A stretch of 62,450 nucleotides of DNA, from the IMG/VR virus record IMGVR_UViG_3300014720_000036, positions 1-62,450 of that record; one strand, written 5' to 3'. Source of the DNA: a virus (lineage: Duplodnaviria; Caudoviricetes). Position 1 is the stretch's first letter; each line of letters starts with the position of its first letter. Shown here piece after piece: positions 53,356-61,616 of this stretch. A program made the translations under genes and the position numbers. A model generated the notes under the pieces. That model did no database searches. It saw nothing but the letters and a program-made list of their open reading frames with translations, and was not told the DNA's origin.

Positions 53356-54195
53356 TCACGCTCGGGCGGCACCGAAGATCGCAGCGAGGTGTCCCTCGGT
53401 GTAGATCTTCTTCGCCTCGGCGAGGGCAGCAGCGGTCACCTCGGCATCGTCGTAGACCGCATTCACATTCGTGAGGGCAGTCCACACGACCTCGTCCGTG
53501 TTCGGATCGGGCTTGAGACCGACTCGCCAACCGTATGCTCCCTTACCCTTCCAGATCACCTTACCCGTAGTCCCGAGCGGAACCTTGCGCCCTGCCACGA
53601 CCTTCACCGTGCTGTTTTTTTCGACATTTCGCACGGCTTTCTCTCGGGCGGCGTTCGTGGTGTCAGCGACGAGTCGGTTGATCACCGTCGTGCGGATCTC
53701 CTCAAGGCGATTGGGATTCGTCACGACCCGAGCCTTCGCAGCGTTGACGATGGTCTCCAACTTGAGGCGCAGGTTCGGCTGCGAGGCGAGAACCAAGTCG
53801 ATAGTCGCCTTGGTCTCGTCGTGCAGTTGACGGTAGCGGACTTCGCCGACCCGCCCGACCCCTCGCACATCAAGGAGTCCGTGGAACCGAATCTCAACCG
53901 ATTCGGTAGTCGGGTTGTAGGTGTAGATCCGCAACCCGTAGGTCGCCTCGGTGCTATCAGGCACATCCATATCCGTGTGCGCCCTTGCGTAGTGCGAGAC
54001 CTTGTCGGTCTCGACTCGGAGAACCTCGGAGGCGACGGTCTGCGTGATCGCATTCTCGACCTCAGCGAGATCCGTTCGGAGGTAGAAGTGGATCTCGGGG
54101 TAGGTCAGGTTGGACACCGTGACCTTCACGGGAGAGGTCGGGTCGAGGGCGAGGTCGGCGGGGGTCGGGAGGGTAGTGGTCGGGAGGGTGGTCAT
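53356..54195 (-). CDS. Early hypothetical protein with C-terminal SH3/KOW-like module
   Basis: VKVVAGRKVPLGTTGKVIW..RVG; AAGGA site; own promoter and terminator. Confidence 0.75.
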   Translation of the reverse strand: MTTLPTTTLPTPADLALDPTSPVKVTVSNLTYPEIHFYLRTDLAEVENAITQTVASEVLRVETDKVSHYARAHTDMDVPDSTEATYGLRIYTYNPTTESVEIRFHGLLDVRGVGRVGEVRYRQLHDETKATIDLVLASQPNLRLKLETIVNAAKARVVTNPNRLEEIRTTVINRLVADTTNAAREKAVRNVEKNSTVKVVAGRKVPLGTTGKVIWKGKGAYGWRVGLKPDPNTDEVVWTALTNVNAVYDDAEVTAAALAEAKKIYTEGHLAAIFGAARA

Positions 54196-54219
54196 GGTGT
54201 GTGCCTTTCCTTCACCCAA

Positions 54220-54247
54220 AAGATAGCAAACCCCTTGGACTTGTCAA
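54220..54247 (-). promoter_or_regulatory. Sigma70-like early promoter TTGACA-N16-TATCTT (extended -10)
   Basis: Perfect -35 box, TG extension, A/T-rich upstream sequence. Confidence 0.7.
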
Positions 54248-54269
54248 CCCATGCCGAGGAAAATGTTGC

Positions 54270-54303
54270 AAAAAGAACAGACCCCCCGAGTGGAGGGTCT
54301 GTC
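54270..54303 (-). terminator. Intrinsic terminator
   Basis: ACAGACCCTCCACTCGGGGGGTCTGT followed by TCTTTTT. Confidence 0.75.
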
Positions 54304-54326
54304 TGCCGAGATCCTTGGTGGGAGGG

Positions 54327-54737
54327 TCAGCGGCGGGTGGTGCGCTTGCTCTTCGGCTTGCGCTTGGGGGTCGGGGTCGGCGAGGCGGCGACAGCACGGA
54401 CCTTGCAGACGGTCAGGTAGTTCCGATAACCGTTGCGACGGAGCGAGTTGCGGCGATAGCGATTACGCTCGGGAGTCTCGGCGATGCTGACACGCTCGTT
54501 CCACTCGTACCGCTGCTTGGTGCCGTTATCGAACGACACCGTGACGGTGCCACCACCGTAGATGTACTCGTCACGCACGATGCGGGTGACACGCACCGAG
54601 GGCTCGCCTCGGCGGAGGCACTCGTCGCCTTCCATGAGGTTCTGTGCAGCGATGCGGCTGCGGTTCTTGATCCTGACATTCCGTCCGTTGGTTGCCATGG
54701 TTGCCATGGGCTTCCTCTCTGAGCGTTCCTTGCTCAT
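54327..54737 (-). CDS. Arg-rich basic hypothetical protein
   Basis: ORF ending before a terminator; start may be MATMAT. Confidence 0.6.
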   Translation of the reverse strand: MSKERSERKPMATMATNGRNVRIKNRSRIAAQNLMEGDECLRRGEPSVRVTRIVRDEYIYGGGTVTVSFDNGTKQRYEWNERVSIAETPERNRYRRNSLRRNGYRNYLTVCKVRAVAASPTPTPKRKPKSKRTTRR

Positions 54738-55111
54738 GGGGTATGAGTCTCCTCCACGGGAGTACTCGCTTGATTACCCGATTGCTCGGGGTCGTGGACA
54801 ACAGATTCCTCGCCGCATGAGGCAGGAGAGTCTGCACTCGGAGTCGCAACATTTCGTTGGCTCCTCCATGCGTTGTACTCTGCCCATGCCGCCGTCATAC
54901 GGAACTGACCCCTGCGAAGGGACTTGTATGGACGGTCGGTGCCTTGGTTGTAGGTCAGCCAAGCGGGCCATCGGAGGGTTTGTCCGAATGGTCCACTCGT
55001 CCCCTTATGCTTATCGCAGAACTCCAAGAGAGTCTGACGAGAGACATAGTCTGGTTGACCATGAACCGCCTCAAATGCGGCGAGGAAATTGAACTGTCGG
55101 GTGCGGAGCAT
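54734..55111 (-). CDS. Hypothetical protein
   Basis: VSRQTLLEF..WPAWLT..RRGQF, possible winged helix. Confidence 0.6.
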   Translation of the reverse strand: MLRTRQFNFLAAFEAVHGQPDYVSRQTLLEFCDKHKGTSGPFGQTLRWPAWLTYNQGTDRPYKSLRRGQFRMTAAWAEYNAWRSQRNVATPSADSPASCGEESVVHDPEQSGNQASTPVEETHTP

Positions 55112-55126
55112 CAGGTAAACATCACG

Positions 55127-55429
55127 CTAGAAGTATGCACTCGACAGGTGCGGGGATTGCGGGGGATGGTTGATCGGGGTGTACCCGATCCATGATTTTT
55201 GCTTTGCCTTGAGCCATGCGGGAGCGGAGTCGCTCCGCTTGATCCCCCCTCCACGACCGTAGATGAACGATACGGAATCTCCGTAGTGTTCCTCCAACAG
55301 TCGCTTGATGACGGGAGAGCAGGTTCCATGGGCTCGGGCAAGGTCCTTCAACTTCAGCGTCTCACCTCGGTCTAGTGCCTCGGTGATCGTGGCGAAGTCG
55401 AGTATGACCTTCTTACGGGGTCGTGGCAT
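55127..55429 (-). CDS. Putative HTH DNA-binding protein
   Basis: MPRPRKK..LKDLARAHGTCSPVIKRLL..GRGGGI. Confidence 0.6.
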   Translation of the reverse strand: MPRPRKKVILDFATITEALDRGETLKLKDLARAHGTCSPVIKRLLEEHYGDSVSFIYGRGGGIKRSDSAPAWLKAKQKSWIGYTPINHPPQSPHLSSAYF

Positions 55430-55508
55430 TGTGCGATCTTCCAAGCGGCTGATCGTGATGTTCTTATCGACCTCAGTCACCGCATTTGAAGCCGATATAC
55501 GAAAAAAT

Positions 55509-55718
55509 TCAGAACCCGAACAGATGACCAATCAGCCCCACTATGAGGATGAGCGGCGAGAGGGCGATGGTGACGATGATCGTCATCAGGATGGACACGA
55601 TGATCCATCCGAAGAACCCCCCACATGAGAAGATGCTGCCGCTCAACACGAAGTAGAGACCACAGCAGATGAATGATCCGAAGAGGATCAACTGTAAAAG
55701 GAATGCGGCTGCTTTCAT
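55509..55718 (-). CDS. Small membrane protein
   Basis: Almost entirely hydrophobic, 2 TM helices; directly after an early promoter. Confidence 0.6.
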   Translation of the reverse strand: MKAAAFLLQLILFGSFICCGLYFVLSGSIFSCGGFFGWIIVSILMTIIVTIALSPLILIVGLIGHLFGF

Positions 55719-55725
55719 TTCGGAA

Positions 55726-55753
55726 AGGATACGATACCAAACCCCACAGTCAA
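55726..55753 (-). promoter_or_regulatory. Sigma70-like early promoter TTGACT-N16-TATCCT
   Basis: ATG 7 nt downstream of the -10 box; shares GGGGTTTGnTATC with the 54220 promoter. Confidence 0.55.
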
Positions 55754-55784
55754 GGGGGTTCGCAATCTTTCCGCCGAAACTCCT

Positions 55785-56846
55785 TCAGGAGCGTGGCTTG
55801 CTGTTGTTCTCGTCAGGCGGGGGGAAGGTCGGGAGAGTCGGAGTCTGCGTGTTGCTCGGGATCGTGTACGAGCCCCACGCACTCATCAGGATGCTGATGT
55901 CGATGCCGTCCACCTTGCCGTCACCGTCCATGTCCGAGAACGGATCCTTCGTCTGTCCCCAGTTGGCGAGGACACGGGCGAGGTCCGCTGCATCGACGCT
56001 GCCGTCCTGATTGATGTCCTCGGGCTTCGCCGAGAGTTTGATATGCTCCAACGGATAGTTGAATGCTGCGATGATGTCACGCATGCGGGCGAAGGTCTGC
56101 CTGTTGACGCATTGACCTCCATACTGAAGTCCTACAAGTACGGTTTCCCCATACGAGTCACGCACCAGTACTGGTGATCCAGAGTCTCCCACGAAGATGG
56201 CGAGTTGACCATTCGTATACGCACCGTCGTTCACGCCGTCGAGGCTCGGGCGGAAGTTGTACCCCGTGGTATCCGTGCCGTTGTAGTGGGCGTTCGTGTA
56301 GACCGTCTTGTAGACCTTGCCGTTGCTGTCCTTTGTCCACAGGTTCGTACCTGCGGGGATGTACTGCGGGTCTGCGATCCTGTTGTAGATCTTGAGGTCG
56401 GCATCGGGGAACGGCTGTAAAAACTCAAGGAGTGTGAGGTCGGGTCCGACATTCAGGTAGACCCTCGTCACGGTGTTCTCGTACCATGCACCACCTTTGC
56501 CGAGGAACCTGATTCCTCCCGTGTTGATCGTCGGATCGCTGTGCGCACCACGGAAGTGCTGACACACCAAGGCATGCCTCGGGCTGACAAGCACGGCGGG
56601 ATATGTGCATTGGTTCCAGAAGTTGATGCTCGTCGGGTCGTGCGGAATCGTGAGGAACATGCTCGGGGAAAGCATCCTACAGAAGTACCTCTGTAGCGCA
56701 CGGGTACCCGACCAATCGACCACCCCGTAGGTCTGACAGTCTGCGCTGTAGCCATCGGGTGCGATCCCACCGCTAGTCTGCGTGGCGGGGGTCGGGTAGT
56801 GGTAGATGTCGTGGACGAGGGGGTTGTAGTGTTTGAGGACTGCCAT
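55785..56846 (-). CDS. Trypsin-like serine protease with C-terminal dockerin-like EF-hand repeat
   Basis: ALVCQHF (His), PDLTLL (Asp), GDSGSP (Ser); DINQDGSVDAADLARVLANWG / DMDGDGKVDGIDISILMSAWG; CTAGATA at 56852-56858. Confidence 0.85.
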   Translation of the reverse strand: MAVLKHYNPLVHDIYHYPTPATQTSGGIAPDGYSADCQTYGVVDWSGTRALQRYFCRMLSPSMFLTIPHDPTSINFWNQCTYPAVLVSPRHALVCQHFRGAHSDPTINTGGIRFLGKGGAWYENTVTRVYLNVGPDLTLLEFLQPFPDADLKIYNRIADPQYIPAGTNLWTKDSNGKVYKTVYTNAHYNGTDTTGYNFRPSLDGVNDGAYTNGQLAIFVGDSGSPVLVRDSYGETVLVGLQYGGQCVNRQTFARMRDIIAAFNYPLEHIKLSAKPEDINQDGSVDAADLARVLANWGQTKDPFSDMDGDGKVDGIDISILMSAWGSYTIPSNTQTPTLPTFPPPDENNSKPRS

Positions 56847-56854
56847 GCAGGTAT

Positions 56855-57277
56855 CTAGCGACCCTGCGGTACTTCCTCGACCACTCCCGTGAGCCTCACA
56901 GGGCTCGGCATCGGCCTCCACTTGGAGTGAAGGTTGCTGTCCTTTGGCTTCGCCCCCGCAGCAGCGTTGACCGCCACGGTGATGTGTGCATGGGCATTGG
57001 CTGATGCGTACCCACCGACCCTGACCGCCACGGTGCGCTCGTCAACCGCCCATCCGATGACAGTCAGGGTGATCTGCTTGCCGACATCTGCGGATCGCTT
57101 CGCAGGACCCATGTTGATCGTCATGTGATGTCCTATGACACGCCAACCATCGGGTATGTGTTTGCGCATGGCGGCGAGGAGTGCATCACGGCTCCGCCCG
57201 TCGAGTACCACGCCCGTGTACGAGATCGACTCGCCGATGGTGTACCTGACGAGAGTGTAATCCTTGAAGTTCCTCAT
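56855..57277 (-). CDS. 2H phosphoesterase (cyclic phosphodiesterase-like)
   Basis: Two HxT motifs (HMT, HIT); leader MRNFKDY; ATAGATA at 57283-57289. Confidence 0.75.
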   Translation of the reverse strand: MRNFKDYTLVRYTIGESISYTGVVLDGRSRDALLAAMRKHIPDGWRVIGHHMTINMGPAKRSADVGKQITLTVIGWAVDERTVAVRVGGYASANAHAHITVAVNAAAGAKPKDSNLHSKWRPMPSPVRLTGVVEEVPQGR

Positions 57278-57302
57278 CGCCTTATCTATGGGGACATACA
57301 TA

Positions 57303-57450
57303 GAGGTAAGGGAACAGACCCACCCGCTCGTCGGGTGTGGAGACCTCCACCTAGACGGAGGTCCGTGAGGCGAAAGCCCCACACAACAAGCCTCGGCTCC
57401 GAGGTCGAGGCAATCGGAACAGACTCCTTCTAGAGGGGGTCTGTTCTTTT
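57303..57450 (+). ncRNA. Candidate plus-strand structured RNA with its own terminator
   Basis: Four hairpins including a GGC-GAAA-GCC tetraloop, then GAACAGAC..GTCTGTTC-TTTT; ATACATA at 57295-57301. Confidence 0.5.
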
Positions 57451-57760
57451 ATGGAAGGTCGAGCGGCTTGCGGGTGACCGCTTGGATCTTTGCGATCTGC
57501 GCCGTGATTGCGGGAGTCCTGTTCTCCCACTTGATGTACGGCTTGTCGGGGTTCTTCATCAGGTTGTTGAGGAGCGGCAGGATCAGTTTCTCGACCTGCG
57601 CCATCGTCTCCCCGTGCAGCCTGACCGCAGCCTCACGCTGCGTCTCCATGCGCCCCTCGACCGTGCGCACGATCTCCTCGGGATTGTCCACCGCCTCAAA
57701 GGCGAAGTTTTCGGCGAACGGGTCGTTCACATCGAAGGTGTCCTTCGGGCTCGGAGTCAT
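57449..57760 (-). CDS. Conserved T4-like hypothetical protein
   Basis: LILPLLNNLMKNPDKPYIKWENR motif. Confidence 0.75.
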   Translation of the reverse strand: MTPSPKDTFDVNDPFAENFAFEAVDNPEEIVRTVEGRMETQREAAVRLHGETMAQVEKLILPLLNNLMKNPDKPYIKWENRTPAITAQIAKIQAVTRKPLDLP

Positions 57761-58455
57761 TGCTTTCCCCCGATGATCCTTTGTGCGAACAGGGCAGCGT
57801 TGCGACCCGCCGTGATGTCGCTCGGATAGTGGACTCCGCCGATGACCCTCGTCACCCCCACCTGCTCGGCGAGGTCGATGAGATCCGCTTGGTGTTCGGG
57901 ATGCTCGTCACCGAGGATGAAGGCGAAGAGATACGCCTCAAACGAGTGCCCCGATGGATACGAGGGTGTCCTCGGATCCGACAGGAGCATGTGGATGTTC
58001 TTCCCGAGGACAGGTCCGAGTTGATATGGTCTAGCCCTGTCGAAATGCCCCTTCAGGTGCATGAGGAATCCCTCGGCATTCACAGCGATCATGCCGAACT
58101 TCTCAGGGGAGTGAAACCTTCCCGTGATCGACTTGACCTCCCTGCTCCACCATGCGTAGTGATTCTTTGGTTTGTCGATGGACAGCCCGAAGGCGATGTC
58201 CTCCTTGTCGGCGAGGTGTTGCGCCTCCACGATGTAGTTGAGTTCGATCACCGTCTCCGCACTTGCGTTCGGATGTGGTGGCGGAAGCAAGGGCTTCCGA
58301 TCCCAACGACCGAGAACCGTGGTCGGATCCGACTCCTGTCGGTCCACGATGACCTGATGCTTCGGCAGCAGACCTCCGTAGCACAGGGTGTTGAGGTGGA
58401 GGTTCTCGGAGAGGCTCCGCATGAGGATCTTGTTCATGGGTCGTGAAGGTATCAT
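57757..58455 (-). CDS. PAP2-family acid phosphatase
   Basis: K..FDRARPYQ, PSYPSGH and RVIGGVHYPSD. Confidence 0.9.
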   Translation of the reverse strand: MIPSRPMNKILMRSLSENLHLNTLCYGGLLPKHQVIVDRQESDPTTVLGRWDRKPLLPPPHPNASAETVIELNYIVEAQHLADKEDIAFGLSIDKPKNHYAWWSREVKSITGRFHSPEKFGMIAVNAEGFLMHLKGHFDRARPYQLGPVLGKNIHMLLSDPRTPSYPSGHSFEAYLFAFILGDEHPEHQADLIDLAEQVGVTRVIGGVHYPSDITAGRNAALFAQRIIGGKQ

Positions 58456-59915
58456 GTTTGACCTATAAGTGGAGAGGCATCCGCCAACAAGTATTGCTTC
58501 TTGGGTGAGTACGCATCCGTGGCGAACATGAATGCGCCGTCATACATGATGTGGTACTCGTTCGTGCGAACCCGTGTGAACGCAGATGTCCACTCTCCCT
58601 TCGTCGGGACATTACCCGCCTTTAGCCCTGAGATGTAGTCTGCCGTCAACTTCTCCAAATCCTGTGCCGCCGAGTAGAGGCGGGTGGCGAACTTCCGTCG
58701 CATCTTCGGGTCGTTGAACCATGAACCCATGGGTCGGGATCCCGTCTGGTTACTGAAGACATGGAACATGAGCGGCGACCACCTCGACTTGCCGAACAAA
58801 TGACCGCCCTCGACCTTGGTGTAGTCGCCCATCTCCTTGGCGACTCGGGTCAACTTTGCGCTCAGGTAACTTGACAGGGCGTTGGCTGCGAATCCGTTCT
58901 TGAGTTGGGGGTTGCCGTTGAACGCCTTCTCCACGACAGAGTTCTCGGCGTTCGGCACCTGCTTGCCGAGGTCGAGCAGGGCACGGTGCGCCAATCCATT
59001 GCTCGTCATCGCTACGAGATATGTCCTCACGATGTCACGGACGAGACCGACAGACATCTGAAAGTATGCGTTCCATTCGATGTCCGACTTGAAGTAGAGG
59101 TTTATGTCGGCGGGCTTGTCTCCGACCGAGTCCCAATACGCCCGTGTGCCTCGGGTGATGTTGATCGCCTCGTAGTTGCCCCTGTACCTCACATCGTCAA
59201 GGAGATGGATGTACTCATGGATGTAGACGGTGCGGTTCCTGTTGAGGTCGAACTCGACATGGTTGAGAAACTTCTTGATCTCGGCATGTGCCTTGTTCCG
59301 TCCCGTGGTCGGCATCAGCAGGAACCTCGACAGACCGACGAACTTGTCGATGGACATCGAACGCTTCATGTTGCCGATGGTGATCCGTGGCTGTTCGTGC
59401 GATGGTTCTTTCCGCAGGTAGCGATATGACGAGGGGGACATGTCCTTCTCTCCACGGAGAGGCACCCTTTGCAACACCTTGGATGTCCCGTATGTCCCAC
59501 CTGCGCCCTTGATCTCCCCCGCAAGGGTAACCTTGAGACTGTTCGTGTGGGTGATCCGCTTGAACATCTCCCTCGTCACCTGCGGCGGGAGGATGAGGAA
59601 CGATGGACTCGTATCCGCCGAGAGGACGGAGAACGAGGGCATGTCGTTCACGAAGTAGATGTCATCGAAGCCCTTGAGCAGGTTGCGGAACTCGATGACG
59701 AGGAGCCGTGCGTTCGTCTCGGGGTCGGAGGATGCCGTGTAGGAGTTGCGGATCGCAGAGCCGACCTTGATGTTGTCGTAAAGCCTCTTCCATGCCTCGG
59801 AGATGTTGCCGAGGACATGGTCCTTGAAGATCTCGTATGACTTCGTGGCGGCATCGACCATGTCCGCATCCATGGTTCGCTCGTAGATGAGCAGATGTTG
59901 CCTGAACGACTTCAT
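58452..59915 (-). CDS. Putative internal head protein with HExxH zincin-like motif
   Basis: Leader MKSFRQHLLIYE; YIHEYIHLLD..Y....EWNAY. Confidence 0.75.
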   Translation of the reverse strand: MKSFRQHLLIYERTMDADMVDAATKSYEIFKDHVLGNISEAWKRLYDNIKVGSAIRNSYTASSDPETNARLLVIEFRNLLKGFDDIYFVNDMPSFSVLSADTSPSFLILPPQVTREMFKRITHTNSLKVTLAGEIKGAGGTYGTSKVLQRVPLRGEKDMSPSSYRYLRKEPSHEQPRITIGNMKRSMSIDKFVGLSRFLLMPTTGRNKAHAEIKKFLNHVEFDLNRNRTVYIHEYIHLLDDVRYRGNYEAINITRGTRAYWDSVGDKPADINLYFKSDIEWNAYFQMSVGLVRDIVRTYLVAMTSNGLAHRALLDLGKQVPNAENSVVEKAFNGNPQLKNGFAANALSSYLSAKLTRVAKEMGDYTKVEGGHLFGKSRWSPLMFHVFSNQTGSRPMGSWFNDPKMRRKFATRLYSAAQDLEKLTADYISGLKAGNVPTKGEWTSAFTRVRTNEYHIMYDGAFMFATDAYSPKKQYLLADASPLIGQT

Positions 59916-60832
59916 GGAGATCGAATCCATTCTCGCAGTCTGTCGAGTTCTTGCGGCTTGGATCTTATGTACCCCTCACGGTCACGCCATCCAAAAATGA
60001 ACTCTACCCATGGACTCTGTCCTCCACGAAGAGATCTATTGTGTTGACGCTCCGCAGTCAACGGCACCTCATGGTCGGAGATCCTGACTCTGATATCTCC
60101 CTTGGAGTAGTACCTAGACTGACTCCCTCCCTGCGCTTTACGGTCGGACTTGAATCCCGCCGATCTAAGGAGTGCCTGTGCGGTCGAAATGAGACGGGCT
60201 ACCGTGGCTTTCGCAACCACTTCTTGCGCCTCTGACTGTGCCTGTGATGCAGAAGCGTCACGGTCTCTATCTCGTTCAAACTGCGAGTGTAGAGTCCTAC
60301 CCTCTGCTTTCTTCCATCGGTCTATCTCTGCCTTGGCTTTCTTGTTTGCCTGAGTGTTCGATAGTCCCTCTGCCTTGGCGGCGGCAACAATCATCTTTGT
60401 GATGCGGTCTCGCTCCAACTCATATGGATGCCAGCCGACACTCTCAAACCGCATGTCGTACCTGCCCTGTAGTTCCGATGACAGCCTCGCTGCGATTTCG
60501 GCACCGCTCTGACCGAGTTCATCGAACTTCCTCTTCACCGCTGCGGCGGTGCTGCCGAGGGAGAGGAGCCTCTTGGCGACGGAGACCGTCTTGGGATCCG
60601 TGCCCTTCGGCACGGTGTTCACGATGCGGGTGATGTGTGCGATGAGTTGCCCGAGGACGGCGGCGATGTGGACATCCTGCATCCGTGCGAAGTCGCCGCT
60701 CCTCGACTGTGCGTCCTTGAGGATCCGCTCTGCCGTCTTGAGGTAGGCGGAGAGACCACGCTCGGTGTACACCTTCGTGTCGGCGGTGGGTGCCCCCATC
60801 ACCTCGGTCAGGTAGTTAGCGAATGTCCTCAT
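59912..60832 (-). CDS. Putative internal head protein (helical + SxSRY/RISDH module)
   Basis: Leader MRTFANYLTE. Confidence 0.75.
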   Translation of the reverse strand: MRTFANYLTEVMGAPTADTKVYTERGLSAYLKTAERILKDAQSRSGDFARMQDVHIAAVLGQLIAHITRIVNTVPKGTDPKTVSVAKRLLSLGSTAAAVKRKFDELGQSGAEIAARLSSELQGRYDMRFESVGWHPYELERDRITKMIVAAAKAEGLSNTQANKKAKAEIDRWKKAEGRTLHSQFERDRDRDASASQAQSEAQEVVAKATVARLISTAQALLRSAGFKSDRKAQGGSQSRYYSKGDIRVRISDHEVPLTAERQHNRSLRGGQSPWVEFIFGWRDREGYIRSKPQELDRLREWIRSP

Positions 60833-61206
60833 CGGAACCCTCCGCCCACGACCCTCGCCATCAGGGGACCGATATCACGCAGGGCTGCGGACTTCGCCAC
60901 CGACTTGCCGTCTGCGTCGATGCCGACTGTGCCGTTCGGATTGAAGATGATGACGAGTCGCCTCGGTCCCGACCTCGGTCTGAACTCGACCGAGTCGAGG
61001 CTCATCCGAGAGAACGGCGGTCCAAGATCATTCTGCACACCCGTGCGCCCCTGTGCGTGTACACGGGATAGTGCCGCCATCAACTCATCTGTCCTGCGGT
61101 TCAGTTCGTTCGCCTTCGTCTGTACGAAGGGCATGACCGAAGAGCCAAGGTAGTTGGCGAAGGTGCCGTAGGCGGACTCGGCTACGAAAGACAGGAACGA
61201 CCTCAC
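60829..61206 (-). CDS. Putative internal head protein
   Basis: GTG start RSFLSFVAE; GAGGTG ribosome binding site. Confidence 0.7.
   Translation of the reverse strand: MRSFLSFVAESAYGTFANYLGSSVMPFVQTKANELNRRTDELMAALSRVHAQGRTGVQNDLGPPFSRMSLDSVEFRPRSGPRRLVIIFNPNGTVGIDADGKSVAKSAALRDIGPLMARVVGGGFR
61035..61067 (+). repeat. Weak TGCGCCCGTG-family repeat cluster
   Basis: gcacacccgtgcgcccctgtgcgtgtacacggg. Confidence 0.5.
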
Positions 61207-61214
61207 GGCTCACC

Positions 61215-61616
61215 TCACTTCTTGAGTTCCAACCTCGGTTCGGGGACGAGGGGTCCGCCGTAGTGTTGGATGAGACCCGACACCATGACGAGTTCTCTCT
61301 CAACATAGAGTCCCATGCTGTTCGTCCATTGGTTGCCCCGCCTTGCGAGGTATTCGTCCTCGCCGAGGATCTTGAGCATCGCCTCGGCGGAGCGGATCCT
61401 CTTCATCAGTTCGGCGGTGGGGGCGTTCGCATGGCTGCGCTGCATCTGTCCACCCATGATCGCCTTCTTTAGTTCTTCGATGAACTTGGCGTTCCGCTTG
61501 AGGACGGCGAGTCGGTACCCCCGCTCCTTCGACACGGTCGCCTCGCTGATTCCGTTCGCCGACTCAACAAGATTGCGGAAGGTGCCGCTGCCGATGTGTT
61601 CGTTTCCATGTTCCAT
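61215..61616 (-). CDS. Hypothetical protein, probably head-associated
   Basis: TFRNLVESANGISE processing-like sites; ATAGATA upstream (about 61623-61629). Confidence 0.65.
   Translation of the reverse strand: MEHGNEHIGSGTFRNLVESANGISEATVSKERGYRLAVLKRNAKFIEELKKAIMGGQMQRSHANAPTAELMKRIRSAEAMLKILGEDEYLARRGNQWTNSMGLYVERELVMVSGLIQHYGGPLVPEPRLELKK

Noticed and set aside
5749-54420. Long plus-strand ORFs (e.g. 5749-6717, 10290-11402, 14433-15392, 29527-30522, 45248-46141, 50458-51357, 53266-54420)
   Set aside because: They are antisense shadows of well-supported minus-strand genes, expected from GC-rich codon bias, and contain no recognisable motifs.
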